Virus record (IMG/VR): IMGVR_UViG_3300037011_000237
Source: an uncultured virus (IMG/VR IMGVR_UViG_3300037011_000237)
Lineage: Duplodnaviria > Heunggongvirae > Uroviricota > Caudoviricetes
DNA: 36,634 nucleotides
Strand: one strand, 5' to 3'
Position numbers and translations under genes: made by a program. A model generated the notes under the pieces. The model did no database searches, had not been told where the DNA came from, and worked only from the letters and a program-made list of their open reading frames with translations. The first letter of the stretch is position 1; every line of letters begins with the position of its first letter. Positions 1 to 8,263 of this stretch are shown here, piece by piece.

Positions 1-2
1 TG

Positions 3-1028
3 TCAAGTACCAATTTCCTCATCAAGGGGTAATTCTTCGTCAATTGCAACTTCTTCTTTGGGTGGAATGGTCTTGTTAATGATAGAAAAGGTCAATGCCC
101 TAATCCTATCCAGCATATCTGGATGTTCACTTAGATGTGCCATAGTCTTAACCACACCCTGTCCTATGTTATCCCCTTCAAAGACGTAGTAAGACCCCTT
201 TCTGCTTAACGCACCAAGCATTTCGGAGAATAGTACAAAATCTCTTAGACTATCAATGCCTTTACCAAAGATAATTGGAATAGTAAACCCTCTAAATGGG
301 GCGGCAAGTTTATTTTTCTTTACCACAAATTTAATATTTAAACCTATGGTTTCATCACCTTGTTTAATTTCTTGCCCCTTATTCATAGCAACAATTATTG
401 AGGATAGGTGTTTAATAGCATGTCCACCCGGAGTGGAATACATACTTACATAAGCACCGATTGTATCCCTAACTTGATTAATAAAGATAAATGCTATCTT
501 CTTCATTCTTACAGAATAATGATTTCTGATTAAGAATTTAGTCAGCAATCTAGGAACAATTGCTACATTAGCATCTGCAAAGTCATCTTCCTTAACTTTC
601 TTTGGTGCTAATGCTCCTACAGAATCAAAGATGATTAGTTCAAATTCACCGGAATCTATACCTTTTTCTGCAATTACAAAGGCATCTTCTGCTGTTTCTG
701 GATGAACTATATACAATTTATCATCCGGTAATTTTTCCCCTAAAAGTCCTTCTACTGCTTCATAATCCGTAAGATTTTCTACATCTACAAATAAAACTTT
801 CAATCCTTGTTTAATTGCAGACCTAGCAATACTTAATGCTAAAGTTGTTTTACCAGCAGAATCTGGTCCGTAAATTTCTGTAAATCTTCCACGTGGAATT
901 CCACCAACTCCCATAGAAACATCTAAAGATAAACTACCTGTGGGAATTACTTCCAACTTTTCTGTCTTGGAAGAATGTACCCCTTCCCCAAATTCATCAA
1001 TCAATTCTTCTATAAATTTATCTGTCAT
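3..1028 (-). CDS. recA: RecA/UvsX-like recombinase
   Basis: IPTGSLSLD..GVGGIPRGR, Walker A GPDSAGKTT, Walker B IIFDSVGAL, FINQVR, TPGGHAIK, VKKNKLAAPF. Confidence 0.95.
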   Translation of the reverse strand: MTDKFIEELIDEFGEGVHSSKTEKLEVIPTGSLSLDVSMGVGGIPRGRFTEIYGPDSAGKTTLALSIARSAIKQGLKVLFVDVENLTDYEAVEGLLGEKLPDDKLYIVHPETAEDAFVIAEKGIDSGEFELIIFDSVGALAPKKVKEDDFADANVAIVPRLLTKFLIRNHYSVRMKKIAFIFINQVRDTIGAYVSMYSTPGGHAIKHLSSIIVAMNKGQEIKQGDETIGLNIKFVVKKNKLAAPFRGFTIPIIFGKGIDSLRDFVLFSEMLGALSRKGSYYVFEGDNIGQGVVKTMAHLSEHPDMLDRIRALTFSIINKTIPPKEEVAIDEELPLDEEIGT

Positions 1029-1435
1029 TTAATGTCCTTTACTAAATTATAGGATTTTTCATCAATTACTTTTAATATTTTTACTACATCACCGCAAAGT
1101 GCTGTTGTATCACACCAACCACAACCCAAAACCATAGAACCGTATTCTACTTCTTTGTGTGTTACATATCTATCCTCTTCTTCTTCATGACAATGTTTAG
1201 CAACCCGTACTCTAATCATAACAAGTAAACCCGTAATTTTTACCAATAATTTAATTTGTTCTGCTGTGCATATCCAAACTTTATTTTTTGAATCCCACTT
1301 TGCTCCAACCATATTAAATTTATCCCGTGATGGATAAGTTTTACCCATTACATGAAATGTTCCATCTTCTTGTGGATAGGCTATAGGATGATAACACATT
1401 GCATACGGATGTGGAATAGTCATTAATGACTCCAA
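1025..1435 (-). CDS. hypothetical protein (GKTYP..D.F...GAKWD motif; Cys/His-rich C-terminus)
   Basis: 136-aa ORF overlapping the polA stop and recA start. Confidence 0.6.
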   Translation of the reverse strand: MESLMTIPHPYAMCYHPIAYPQEDGTFHVMGKTYPSRDKFNMVGAKWDSKNKVWICTAEQIKLLVKITGLLVMIRVRVAKHCHEEEEDRYVTHKEVEYGSMVLGCGWCDTTALCGDVVKILKVIDEKSYNLVKDIK

Positions 1436-3291
1436 ACTTTAGAAATAGGTCCATCTACTACTGCGGGAATTTCTCCTAAAAATGGTTGTAAAGCATCTAC
1501 CATACATTTTGTTTGAAATTCTTTTGCTTCATTCACAATATCATCATCTACTTCTGTTACAATTTCATCATGAACTTGCATTGTTAATCTTAATTTATCT
1601 CCAAATGGATTATTATAATAAATATTACACATTGCTATTTTAGTAGCATCCCCTCCCCCACCTTGAAAGATATGATTAAACCCTTCACGTTTTATTCTAT
1701 TTTCATATGATTGGGCTTCTTTCCAATCTGTAAACAAAATTTTAGTATCAAAATATCTTCTTCTTCCTAGAGGAGTGCAAGAATACTTATTTTTCCAAAT
1801 AGAGTTACACACTATGGTTTTAAATAAAGTAAGTTTAGGAAATGCTTCTTCTACTTGTCTTAAAAAATCTTCTGCTTGATTAATATCTATTTGTAGTTTG
1901 TAGGCAAGTCCATACTTTGTAGACCCATATAAGATTGAAAAGTTAATGGTTTTACCTTTGTTACGTTGATCTTTATCTACTTGTTCTAATGGAATATCAT
2001 AAATAGCAGACGCAGTTGCTGTATGCATATCAAGACCTTGTTTATATGCGTCTATAATCTTATCTTCCTTAGAAACTGCACCTGCTAGTCTGTATTCTTG
2101 TTGCGAGTAATCTAAACATAAAAATGATTTTTCCTCACCAGAAATAAAACAACTCCTATATTCTTCTTCTTTTGGAATGTTTTGTAAGTTAGGAGAATCA
2201 GATGAAAACCTTCCAGATTGCGTTCCTACCTGATTAAATTCAGAATGAATTCTTCCCGTTGTAGGATTTATGTGTTCCAAAAACTTCTCACCATAAGTAG
2301 AAAGTTTCTTAGAATGTTCTCTATGAATTAATAATAAATTTGCAAGTGGAGAAGATAATTGAATCTTTTTTAGTTCATTTTCTTCTGTAGATTTTAATGG
2401 AATTCCTAGAATATGAAATATTTCTTTTATTTGCGAGTGTGAATTAATATTAATATTATCTTTATACCAACTTTTTACTGCCACTGGATTAGTAATTTGC
2501 ATTAAAGCATTTGTTAATTTCTTAGTTTTCACGGGAATAAGTAATGCTTCCGCAGCATTAAAAGCATTTTCATATTTAGAAAAATCTAAGGTATTAAGTA
2601 TATATTCTAATATTCCTTCTCTTGCTCTAGCAATTTCTTTTTCAGCAGTATCCTGTAATTTAATCCAAGCATTTCTATTAAGAAGAACACCATTAAGTTC
2701 CATAGAAGTTACTGGTGCTATTAATTTCATCTCCAAATCATAAACTTTTACTTGGTTAGAAGAATATATTAATTTCATATGTTCTTCATAAATTTCTCCA
2801 AGATATTGAACATCTAACGCAGAATAGGTTAACAATTCATTAGAAAAAGATTCTTCAGAATAATTATAAAATTCTTCCCTAATTTCTTTATCTAAAACAC
2901 AATTACAATATTTTTCTACTAATTCCTTTAAAGAATAAAATTGTCTTCCGATTCCTTGATTTATTAGAACCTCTGTAACCATAGAATCATAAACATTTGT
3001 TAACATAACTCCAGTGTTAACAAATATAACTTTCATATCAAATTTAGCATTATGCAATAGAACTAATTTATCAGAAGATTTTATTAATTCTATAATATAA
3101 TTTATATGTTTTCCTAACTTTCTAACATCAAAGATAAATATTTTATTATTAGTTTTAACTTGTAGAAGTAACCAAGTAGAGGAGAAAGTATCTAATCCAT
3201 TAGTTTCAGTATCTAAGGTAAGAACGCTGGAAAGAATTAATTCGTGTTGAAATTCTGGAACCTGAGTTAAATTTTCTATTAGAGTAAACAA
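1423..3291 (-). CDS. polA: DNA polymerase family A (3'-5' exonuclease plus polymerase, no 5'-3' exonuclease)
   Basis: ExoI LDTETNG, ExoII HNAKFD, ExoIII YSALD; GRFSSDSPNLQNIP; motif A DYSQQEYR, motif B RNKGKTINFSILYG, motif C QVHDEI; TTG start. Confidence 0.95.
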   Translation of the reverse strand: MFTLIENLTQVPEFQHELILSSVLTLDTETNGLDTFSSTWLLLQVKTNNKIFIFDVRKLGKHINYIIELIKSSDKLVLLHNAKFDMKVIFVNTGVMLTNVYDSMVTEVLINQGIGRQFYSLKELVEKYCNCVLDKEIREEFYNYSEESFSNELLTYSALDVQYLGEIYEEHMKLIYSSNQVKVYDLEMKLIAPVTSMELNGVLLNRNAWIKLQDTAEKEIARAREGILEYILNTLDFSKYENAFNAAEALLIPVKTKKLTNALMQITNPVAVKSWYKDNININSHSQIKEIFHILGIPLKSTEENELKKIQLSSPLANLLLIHREHSKKLSTYGEKFLEHINPTTGRIHSEFNQVGTQSGRFSSDSPNLQNIPKEEEYRSCFISGEEKSFLCLDYSQQEYRLAGAVSKEDKIIDAYKQGLDMHTATASAIYDIPLEQVDKDQRNKGKTINFSILYGSTKYGLAYKLQIDINQAEDFLRQVEEAFPKLTLFKTIVCNSIWKNKYSCTPLGRRRYFDTKILFTDWKEAQSYENRIKREGFNHIFQGGGGDATKIAMCNIYYNNPFGDKLRLTMQVHDEIVTEVDDDIVNEAKEFQTKCMVDALQPFLGEIPAVVDGPISKVWSH

Positions 3292-3375
3292 AAAAATATC
3301 CTTTTTTTTTTAAAGTAGTCAATGGAATTTAAATTGACAGAATTATGGCATTGCGGGGCGTAGCCCCGAAGAGCA

Positions 3376-3561
3376 TCAACAATGTTCTTTAGGTTTATCA
3401 GTTAAAACAAAAGTTAGGTTTTGTCCTGTTTTTATAAATTGTGGATAAACATGATTCATAACTGTTTCATATCCAAAAGCCATTATTTCTATATCGACTA
3501 GGAAACAAGTATCCAAGTATCTTTCTAAAGTTTTCAGTGCTTCTTCTTTACTAATTTCCAT
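3376..3561 (-). CDS. hypothetical protein
   Basis: 61-aa ORF with AAGGA SD, downstream of the promoter at 3636-3664. Confidence 0.55.
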   Translation of the reverse strand: MEISKEEALKTLERYLDTCFLVDIEIMAFGYETVMNHVYPQFIKTGQNLTFVLTDKPKEHC

Positions 3562-3635
3562 TCTTTATCCTTTATTTATGGACTTTAAAAACATAATTTG
3601 TGTTTGTGGTCGTGGGTAAATGCTAATTTTACCCA

Positions 3636-3664
3636 ATTATAATCGAAAAGTCAAGTTTTGTCAA
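3636..3664 (-). promoter_or_regulatory. sigma70-type promoter TTGACA-17-TATAAT
   Basis: reverse complement reads TTGACA aaacttgacttttcgat TATAAT: perfect consensus, 17-nt spacer. Confidence 0.85.
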
Positions 3665-3695
3665 GGGTAAAAGCATACCAATTTTAATACCAATT

Positions 3696-3950
3696 TTAAT
3701 CCCACTCATACCCATATCCGTTTCCATACTCATCATATAACCAGTCAGTATGTTCTTCTTCTGCTTTGTCGAATATTATTTTTTCATCTTCTTTGGAAAA
3801 GAATAATTTATTTGTATTTTCTATAGCCCAAACTAAATAGGAGGCATCTGCATCATAAATATCTCCTATCAATTCTCCTTTATATTTTCCAAAGGTCATA
3901 ACATCATCAAAGGTTACAATAACTTTACTTGAGGTGGTTTTAGAAAACAT
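3696..3950 (-). CDS. small protein with FGKYKG motif (ExoX C-terminal/DUF3820-like)
   Basis: DVMTFGKYKGELIGDI..ADASYLVW pattern. Confidence 0.6.
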   Translation of the reverse strand: MFSKTTSSKVIVTFDDVMTFGKYKGELIGDIYDADASYLVWAIENTNKLFFSKEDEKIIFDKAEEEHTDWLYDEYGNGYGYEWD

Positions 3951-4049
3951 CTTATCCTTTCTTATTTAGACCGAAGGCTGGTTTTACTTAGACCCATTCA
4001 AACCTATCACTTTTTTTGGAGGACTGTAACCTTTAGGTCACACTTCGGT

Positions 4050-4229
4050 TTATCTTTTTACATTAAATCCCTTTCTGTTTATGAGCATTATCACAACAGT
4101 GCAACTGGACAGTAGAGATGATATGCCAACGATTATTATGGCTATCAGGTAGCGTTCCAATATCTGAAAACAACTGCGCATCCAGCCAAAATTTGCGTTC
4201 ATCCAGTTTATATAATCAAGTTCATTCAT
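4050..4229 (-). CDS. small membrane protein, 59 aa (not in ORF track)
   Basis: AGGAG SD; MNELDYINWMNANFGWMRSCFQILERYLIAIIIVGISSLLSSCTVVIMLINRKGFNVKR, one hydrophobic segment. Confidence 0.55.
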   Translation of the reverse strand: MNELDYINWMNANFGWMRSCFQILERYLIAIIIVGISSLLSSCTVVIMLINRKGFNVKR

Positions 4230-4246
4230 TTCAGTCTCCTATTTAA

Positions 4247-4322
4247 TATGCCTGACTGGACTCGAACCAGTATGTTACCATTAGCCTTTCTACTGTATAT
4301 AAGACAGGGGGCATACAGGCAC
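4247..4322 (-). tRNA. atypical tRNA-like gene, anticodon UAU (Ile/AUA), no canonical D-arm
   Basis: acceptor GTGCCTG/CAGGCAT, T-arm ACTGG-TTCGAGT-CCAGT, anticodon arm CTGT-CTTATAT-ACAG; D-loop-like AATGGTAA lies 3' of the anticodon arm; no encoded CCA. Confidence 0.65.
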
Positions 4323-4352
4323 TCATTGCGCTCACCATTGCGCCACCCGCCA
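4323..4352 (-). pseudogene. 5' fragment of a canonical tRNA (acceptor 5' strand plus D-arm)
   Basis: TGGCGGG TG GCGC AATGGTGA GCGC AATGA, abutting the atypical tRNA; no matching 3' half seen. Confidence 0.5.
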
Positions 4353-4376
4353 GAACGAATTTCCTATTCTACCTTA

Positions 4377-4387
4377 ATTATACCACA
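4377..4387 (-). promoter_or_regulatory. extended -10 promoter upstream of the tRNA locus
   Basis: reverse complement TGTGGTATAAT about 25 nt upstream of the tRNA fragment. Confidence 0.5.
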
Positions 4388-4441
4388 CTTTGCCATTCTT
4401 ATCTACCACCAGTTTCTTAACTTGTGGTATAATTATCATAC

Positions 4442-4470
4442 ATTATAATCGATAAAGTCATTTTTGTCAA
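4442..4470 (-). promoter_or_regulatory. sigma70-type promoter, leftward member of a divergent pair
   Basis: reverse complement TTGACA aaaatgactttatcgat TATAAT, 17-nt spacer. Confidence 0.85.
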
Positions 4471-4505
4471 GGGTAAGCTGATATCATTTTAATGCCTTGC
4501 GACCC

Positions 4506-4534
4506 TTGACAAAATTCATATTATCGATTATAAT
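4506..4534 (+). promoter_or_regulatory. sigma70-type promoter driving the plus-strand operon
   Basis: TTGACA aaattcatattatcgat TATAAT, 17-nt spacer. Confidence 0.85.
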
Positions 4535-4564
4535 AGGGTATATTTGGAAAATTCCAAATAAATA

Positions 4565-5164
4565 TTGAAGTCCGTTACACCAAAAGGAGTACAGGTGCTT
4601 AAACTGAAGCCGGAGATATTGACTCACCCAAATATTCCTAAACCGATGCATGGTCTTTCTCCTAGAACCATTGAAGGAGAAGATTGGTGGAATAAAGTTA
4701 GACAAGATGTTTATGATAAGTATGACCATCATTGTATTGCATGTGGGGTTTTTAAACTAGATGCTAAAGGACATAAATGGTTAGAAGCACATGAATATTG
4801 GAGTATTAACTACAGAAAAGGAATTTGTAAGATTAAGTCTATAGAGCCACTATGCCACTATTGTCATAACTTTATTCATTCTGGTAGATTAAGAATGATT
4901 ATGGGAAAAGAAAAATCTGTCAGAGAGGTTAAGGCTATTTTGGAACATGGATTTAAAATTCTTTCAGAAAACAATCTAGATTGTTTCCCATCAGCTTTAC
5001 ATCTTTCTAATATGGTAGGTGCAAATACCTATGGTGTAAAGGCATATTCTTTACCGAATGTAGAAATTCCTTGGGAAAAATGGTATTTACTTTGGAATAG
5101 AAAAAAGTATTACAGCAAATTTGCTTCCTACGAAGCATGGAGGAGATTTTACGGTGGCGAATAA
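4565..5164 (+). CDS. HNH-family endonuclease with Zn-binding cysteines
   Basis: CIACG...LEAHEYW...LCHYCHNFIHSG. Confidence 0.7.
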   Translation: MKSVTPKGVQVLKLKPEILTHPNIPKPMHGLSPRTIEGEDWWNKVRQDVYDKYDHHCIACGVFKLDAKGHKWLEAHEYWSINYRKGICKIKSIEPLCHYCHNFIHSGRLRMIMGKEKSVREVKAILEHGFKILSENNLDCFPSALHLSNMVGANTYGVKAYSLPNVEIPWEKWYLLWNRKKYYSKFASYEAWRRFYGGE

Positions 5165-5387
5165 AGATAGAATAACCGGAAAATATATTTGTTCTTATTG
5201 TTTAAAACAATATGACCAATGGCAAGAAGCAGATAATTGCAGGGATGCACATGATTTGTTATATGTGCAAATATCCAAACAAGACCTAAATAGGTTAATT
5301 ATGTTCTTAACATTAAAAGATGATTCGCTTCTTACAAAGACTTTAGTATCAAGTTTATATAAGTATAAGTATCTTACTTTTGATTAG
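5121..5387 (+). CDS. hypothetical protein (CSYC...C..H, possible Zn finger); true start may be the GTG at about 5154
   Basis: ORF in operon; GGAGG SD precedes gtggcg. Confidence 0.55.
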   Translation: MLPTKHGGDFTVANKDRITGKYICSYCLKQYDQWQEADNCRDAHDLLYVQISKQDLNRLIMFLTLKDDSLLTKTLVSSLYKYKYLTFD

Positions 5388-5413
5388 TAATACACCACAA
5401 GGATTGGAGGAGA

Positions 5414-5764
5414 ATGATTGCTTATAGGATTGTGGAAATAAAGAATGGAAAAGTAATGTCTCTTTTTCATGGAACAAATAAAAGTAGGGAAATAAAACTT
5501 GACAAGTGGAATAAGTGTGATAAGAAGCTTGTTCAGGATGGTAGTGGACAAAAAAGAAAGTATATCTCTGGATGGCATTGTCTATCTTCTAAAGAAGAAT
5601 GTGAAAACTTCTTTATGAAAATGTTTAAGATAAAAGAAAATAGACATATTGTAAAATGTGAAATTCGTGGAAATATTCGTCCAAAACACCCAGATGGAAA
5701 AGGAAAACCCTGTATTCTAGCAGATGAAATCCTAATAAAAAAAGAGGATATAGAAAATGTATAA
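5414..5764 (+). CDS. hypothetical phage protein
   Basis: GGAGG SD, 116 aa, SLFHG and YISGWH motifs. Confidence 0.65.
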   Translation: MIAYRIVEIKNGKVMSLFHGTNKSREIKLDKWNKCDKKLVQDGSGQKRKYISGWHCLSSKEECENFFMKMFKIKENRHIVKCEIRGNIRPKHPDGKGKPCILADEILIKKEDIENV

Positions 5765-5984
5765 AACCTATTATTGTAAAGATATAGATACAACAAGTGG
5801 TATAACACTTACTTCTTATCAAATAGGAAATGAATTATATGTTAGAAATATAATCAGTATTTGTCAGAATGACAATACTGATGATGATGTTACTCCCGGT
5901 AATTTATATCTGGATATAGAAACTGCAAAAAATTTAATTTCTTGTTTACAAGAAGCAATAGATTCTCTTCCAAAGGAAAAATAA
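5757..5984 (+). CDS. hypothetical protein
   Basis: overlaps the previous gene; SD GAGG. Confidence 0.55.
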   Translation: MYKTYYCKDIDTTSGITLTSYQIGNELYVRNIISICQNDNTDDDVTPGNLYLDIETAKNLISCLQEAIDSLPKEK

Positions 5985-5985
5985 T

Positions 5986-6117
5986 ATGTTTGATGAATAT
6001 GGAAATTATATTAAAAAATTTGTAGATTATGTTTTGGAAGTTATTAGTGTTATTGTTACTGTTGGTATTCCAGTGACTATTTTAGTTTGGTTATTTTTTA
6101 AATATATTTATAGATGA
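5986..6117 (+). CDS. small membrane peptide, 43 aa (not in ORF track)
   Basis: MFDEYGNYIKKFVDYVLEVISVIVTVGIPVTILVWLFFKYIYR; ATGA overlap with the radical SAM gene. Confidence 0.55.
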   Translation: MFDEYGNYIKKFVDYVLEVISVIVTVGIPVTILVWLFFKYIYR

Positions 6118-7070
6118 GAATACTTTTAATAGATACAGACAGTAAAATACCTAATATAGCATTAATGAAACTGTCTACCTATCATAAGAATTTAGGTAAT
6201 ACTGTTGATTTTATTAGGTTAAATGATAAACCTTTTGAATATAAAGATACCCATGATATAGCATACGGGTCTATAATTTTTAGTAAAAATAAAAATAATG
6301 TAAAAGGCAATGTTTTTCTAGGTGGCACAGGAGTTTCTTTAACTGATACACTTACAGACGAAGTAGAACACCTTATGCCAGATTATTCTTTGTATCCAGA
6401 GAATATTCATTCTATAGGTTTTTTAACTAGAGGATGTATAAGAGATTGTTCTTTTTGTGTAGTACCTGAAAAAGAAGGACTTATAAGATTTAATGCACAT
6501 GTAACAGAATTTTATAATCCAAACTTAAAAAGAATAAGAATTTTAGATAATAATCTTCTAGCATATAGTGGTTGGAAAGATTGTTTATTAGAATTAGAAC
6601 TTTTAAAAGTACCTATAAAGTTTGAGAATTTTGATTTTAGACTTTTAACTGAAGAAAAAGCGGAAGCAATTTCTAAAGTAAATGTATATGGAGATTTTAT
6701 TTTTGCTTTGGATAATCCAAGAGATATGCCAATATTTAAAAAAATATCTCCTATCCTTACAAAATATTTTCCTCCTTGGAGACCAAAGTTTTATATCTTG
6801 GTTGGTTATAATACTACACTTGAAGAAGATATTAAAAGAGTAAAACTTTGTTGGGATAGAAAATTTTTACCTTATATAACTAGGCATGAGAACTATCTAC
6901 AAAGCGAATATAAAAACTTTTATATAGATTTGTGTGCTTGGTGTAATCAACCTTGGTTTGTAAAAACAGGTGATTTCAGACATTTTATGGGTGTAAGATA
7001 CAAAGAAGGGCATCCAAGAATTAAAGAAGAATCTGATTTATTTGAATATTTATGGAATAAAGGAGAATAA
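6114..7070 (+). CDS. radical SAM protein (phage PNxALMK family)
   Basis: LTRGCIRDCSFCVVPEKEG (CxxxCxxC), N-terminal PNIALMKLS, GGTG, PDYSLYP, LDNN. Confidence 0.85.
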   Translation: MRILLIDTDSKIPNIALMKLSTYHKNLGNTVDFIRLNDKPFEYKDTHDIAYGSIIFSKNKNNVKGNVFLGGTGVSLTDTLTDEVEHLMPDYSLYPENIHSIGFLTRGCIRDCSFCVVPEKEGLIRFNAHVTEFYNPNLKRIRILDNNLLAYSGWKDCLLELELLKVPIKFENFDFRLLTEEKAEAISKVNVYGDFIFALDNPRDMPIFKKISPILTKYFPPWRPKFYILVGYNTTLEEDIKRVKLCWDRKFLPYITRHENYLQSEYKNFYIDLCAWCNQPWFVKTGDFRHFMGVRYKEGHPRIKEESDLFEYLWNKGE

Positions 7071-7072
7071 TT

Positions 7073-7135
7073 ATGTTTGACCCAGAAGAAAAAGAAAAGG
7101 AAGAACACGTTCCGGAAGAAAGTGATGGTGCATAA
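7073..7135 (+). CDS. 20-aa acidic peptide MFDPEEKEKEEHVPEESDGA (not in ORF track)
   Basis: AAGGAG SD 7 nt upstream; its TAA overlaps the next ATG. Confidence 0.55.
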   Translation: MFDPEEKEKEEHVPEESDGA

Positions 7136-7356
7136 TGGATAAAATAGAAGAATTAAAAAATAAATTTTTCAAACAATTAATGGAAGATAATAATACTAAG
7201 TTACAGGACTATATGAATTATTTCTCATATCTTATGTCTGTGGCTTTTAATAATGGATTTGATAAGGGATATGAAAAAGGATATCAAACTTCACTTGTTG
7301 ATTATGATGATGGATTAAATGCCAAAGATATTCCACAATCGGATAACGTAGAATGA
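7135..7356 (+). CDS. hypothetical protein (GFDKGYEKGY repeat)
   Basis: 73 aa, translationally coupled on both sides. Confidence 0.6.
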   Translation: MDKIEELKNKFFKQLMEDNNTKLQDYMNYFSYLMSVAFNNGFDKGYEKGYQTSLVDYDDGLNAKDIPQSDNVE

Positions 7357-7907
7357 AAGTATTAGTTGCCTGTGAATTTTCTGGTGTAGTAAGAGAAGCA
7401 TTTGCTAAATTAGGACACGATGCTTGGTCTTGTGACCTGTTACCTACAGAAATTCCCGGAAAACATTTTGAATGTGATATTTTTGAAGTAATAAATATGG
7501 GTTGGGATTTAATGATTGCACACCCACCTTGTACTTATTTAGCAGTTAGTGGAAATAGATATTATGCAAAATCTGATTTAAGAAAAGAAGCGATTAAGTT
7601 TGTAGAAAAACTTTGGGATGTGCCCGTTGAAAGAATTTGTATAGAAAACCCAATAGGTGTTTTATCTACACAAAGTACATTGGGTAAACCAACCCAAATT
7701 ATTCAACCTTGGCAATTTGGTCACGGTGAAACTAAAGCAACCTGTTTCTGGTTAAAGAATTTACCAAAATTAATTCCAACTGAAGTTGTAAATGGCAGGG
7801 AACCACGAATACATTATATGTCACCATCACCTAATCGTTGGAAAGAAAGAAGTAGAACATATATAGGAATTGCAAATGCTATGGCAGAACAATGGAGTAA
7901 TTTATGA
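7353..7907 (+). CDS. compact DNA cytosine-C5 methyltransferase-like protein
   Basis: VLVACEFSG (motif I-like), AHPPC (IV), IENP (VI), QPWQFG, RSRTY.GIANAMAEQW. Confidence 0.75.
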   Translation: MKVLVACEFSGVVREAFAKLGHDAWSCDLLPTEIPGKHFECDIFEVINMGWDLMIAHPPCTYLAVSGNRYYAKSDLRKEAIKFVEKLWDVPVERICIENPIGVLSTQSTLGKPTQIIQPWQFGHGETKATCFWLKNLPKLIPTEVVNGREPRIHYMSPSPNRWKERSRTYIGIANAMAEQWSNL

Positions 7908-8263
7908 ATTTAAAAGAATATTCTAAAAATGTTGAAAATACTAGAGCGGAATTAGAAAGTAAAGGCGTGAATAATTTACATATGCTTCTTGGAATTGTTT
8001 CAGAAGCAGGTGAATTAGTGGATGTTTTTAAAAAGAACATTGCTTACGGAAAAGAAATAGATTGGGTTAACGTTAAAGAAGAAATTGGTGATTTAATGTG
8101 GTACATAGTAGGATTTTGTAATATTAATGGTTGGGATTTAAACCAAATATTAGAAACCAATTCTGCTAAATTAAAAGAAAGATACCCAGATAAATTTTCT
8201 GAGGACAAAGCATTAAACAGAAATTTAGATGCGGAAAGGAAAATTTTGGAGAATAATAAATGA
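7904..8263 (+). CDS. MazG-like nucleotide pyrophosphohydrolase
   Basis: GIVSEAGELVD..KK, EEIGDLMWY, N..KL..RYP. Confidence 0.9.
   Translation: MNLKEYSKNVENTRAELESKGVNNLHMLLGIVSEAGELVDVFKKNIAYGKEIDWVNVKEEIGDLMWYIVGFCNINGWDLNQILETNSAKLKERYPDKFSEDKALNRNLDAERKILENNK

Noticed and set aside
4247..4352. One intron-containing or long tRNA made of the 5' fragment plus the downstream T-arm
   Set aside because: The fragment's acceptor strand TGGCGGG does not pair with the 3' strand CAGGCAT, which pairs with the internal GTGCCTG
4248..4448. 66-aa plus-strand ORF MPDWTRTS...
   Set aside because: Antisense to the tRNA-like locus and promoters; typical tRNA-antisense translation
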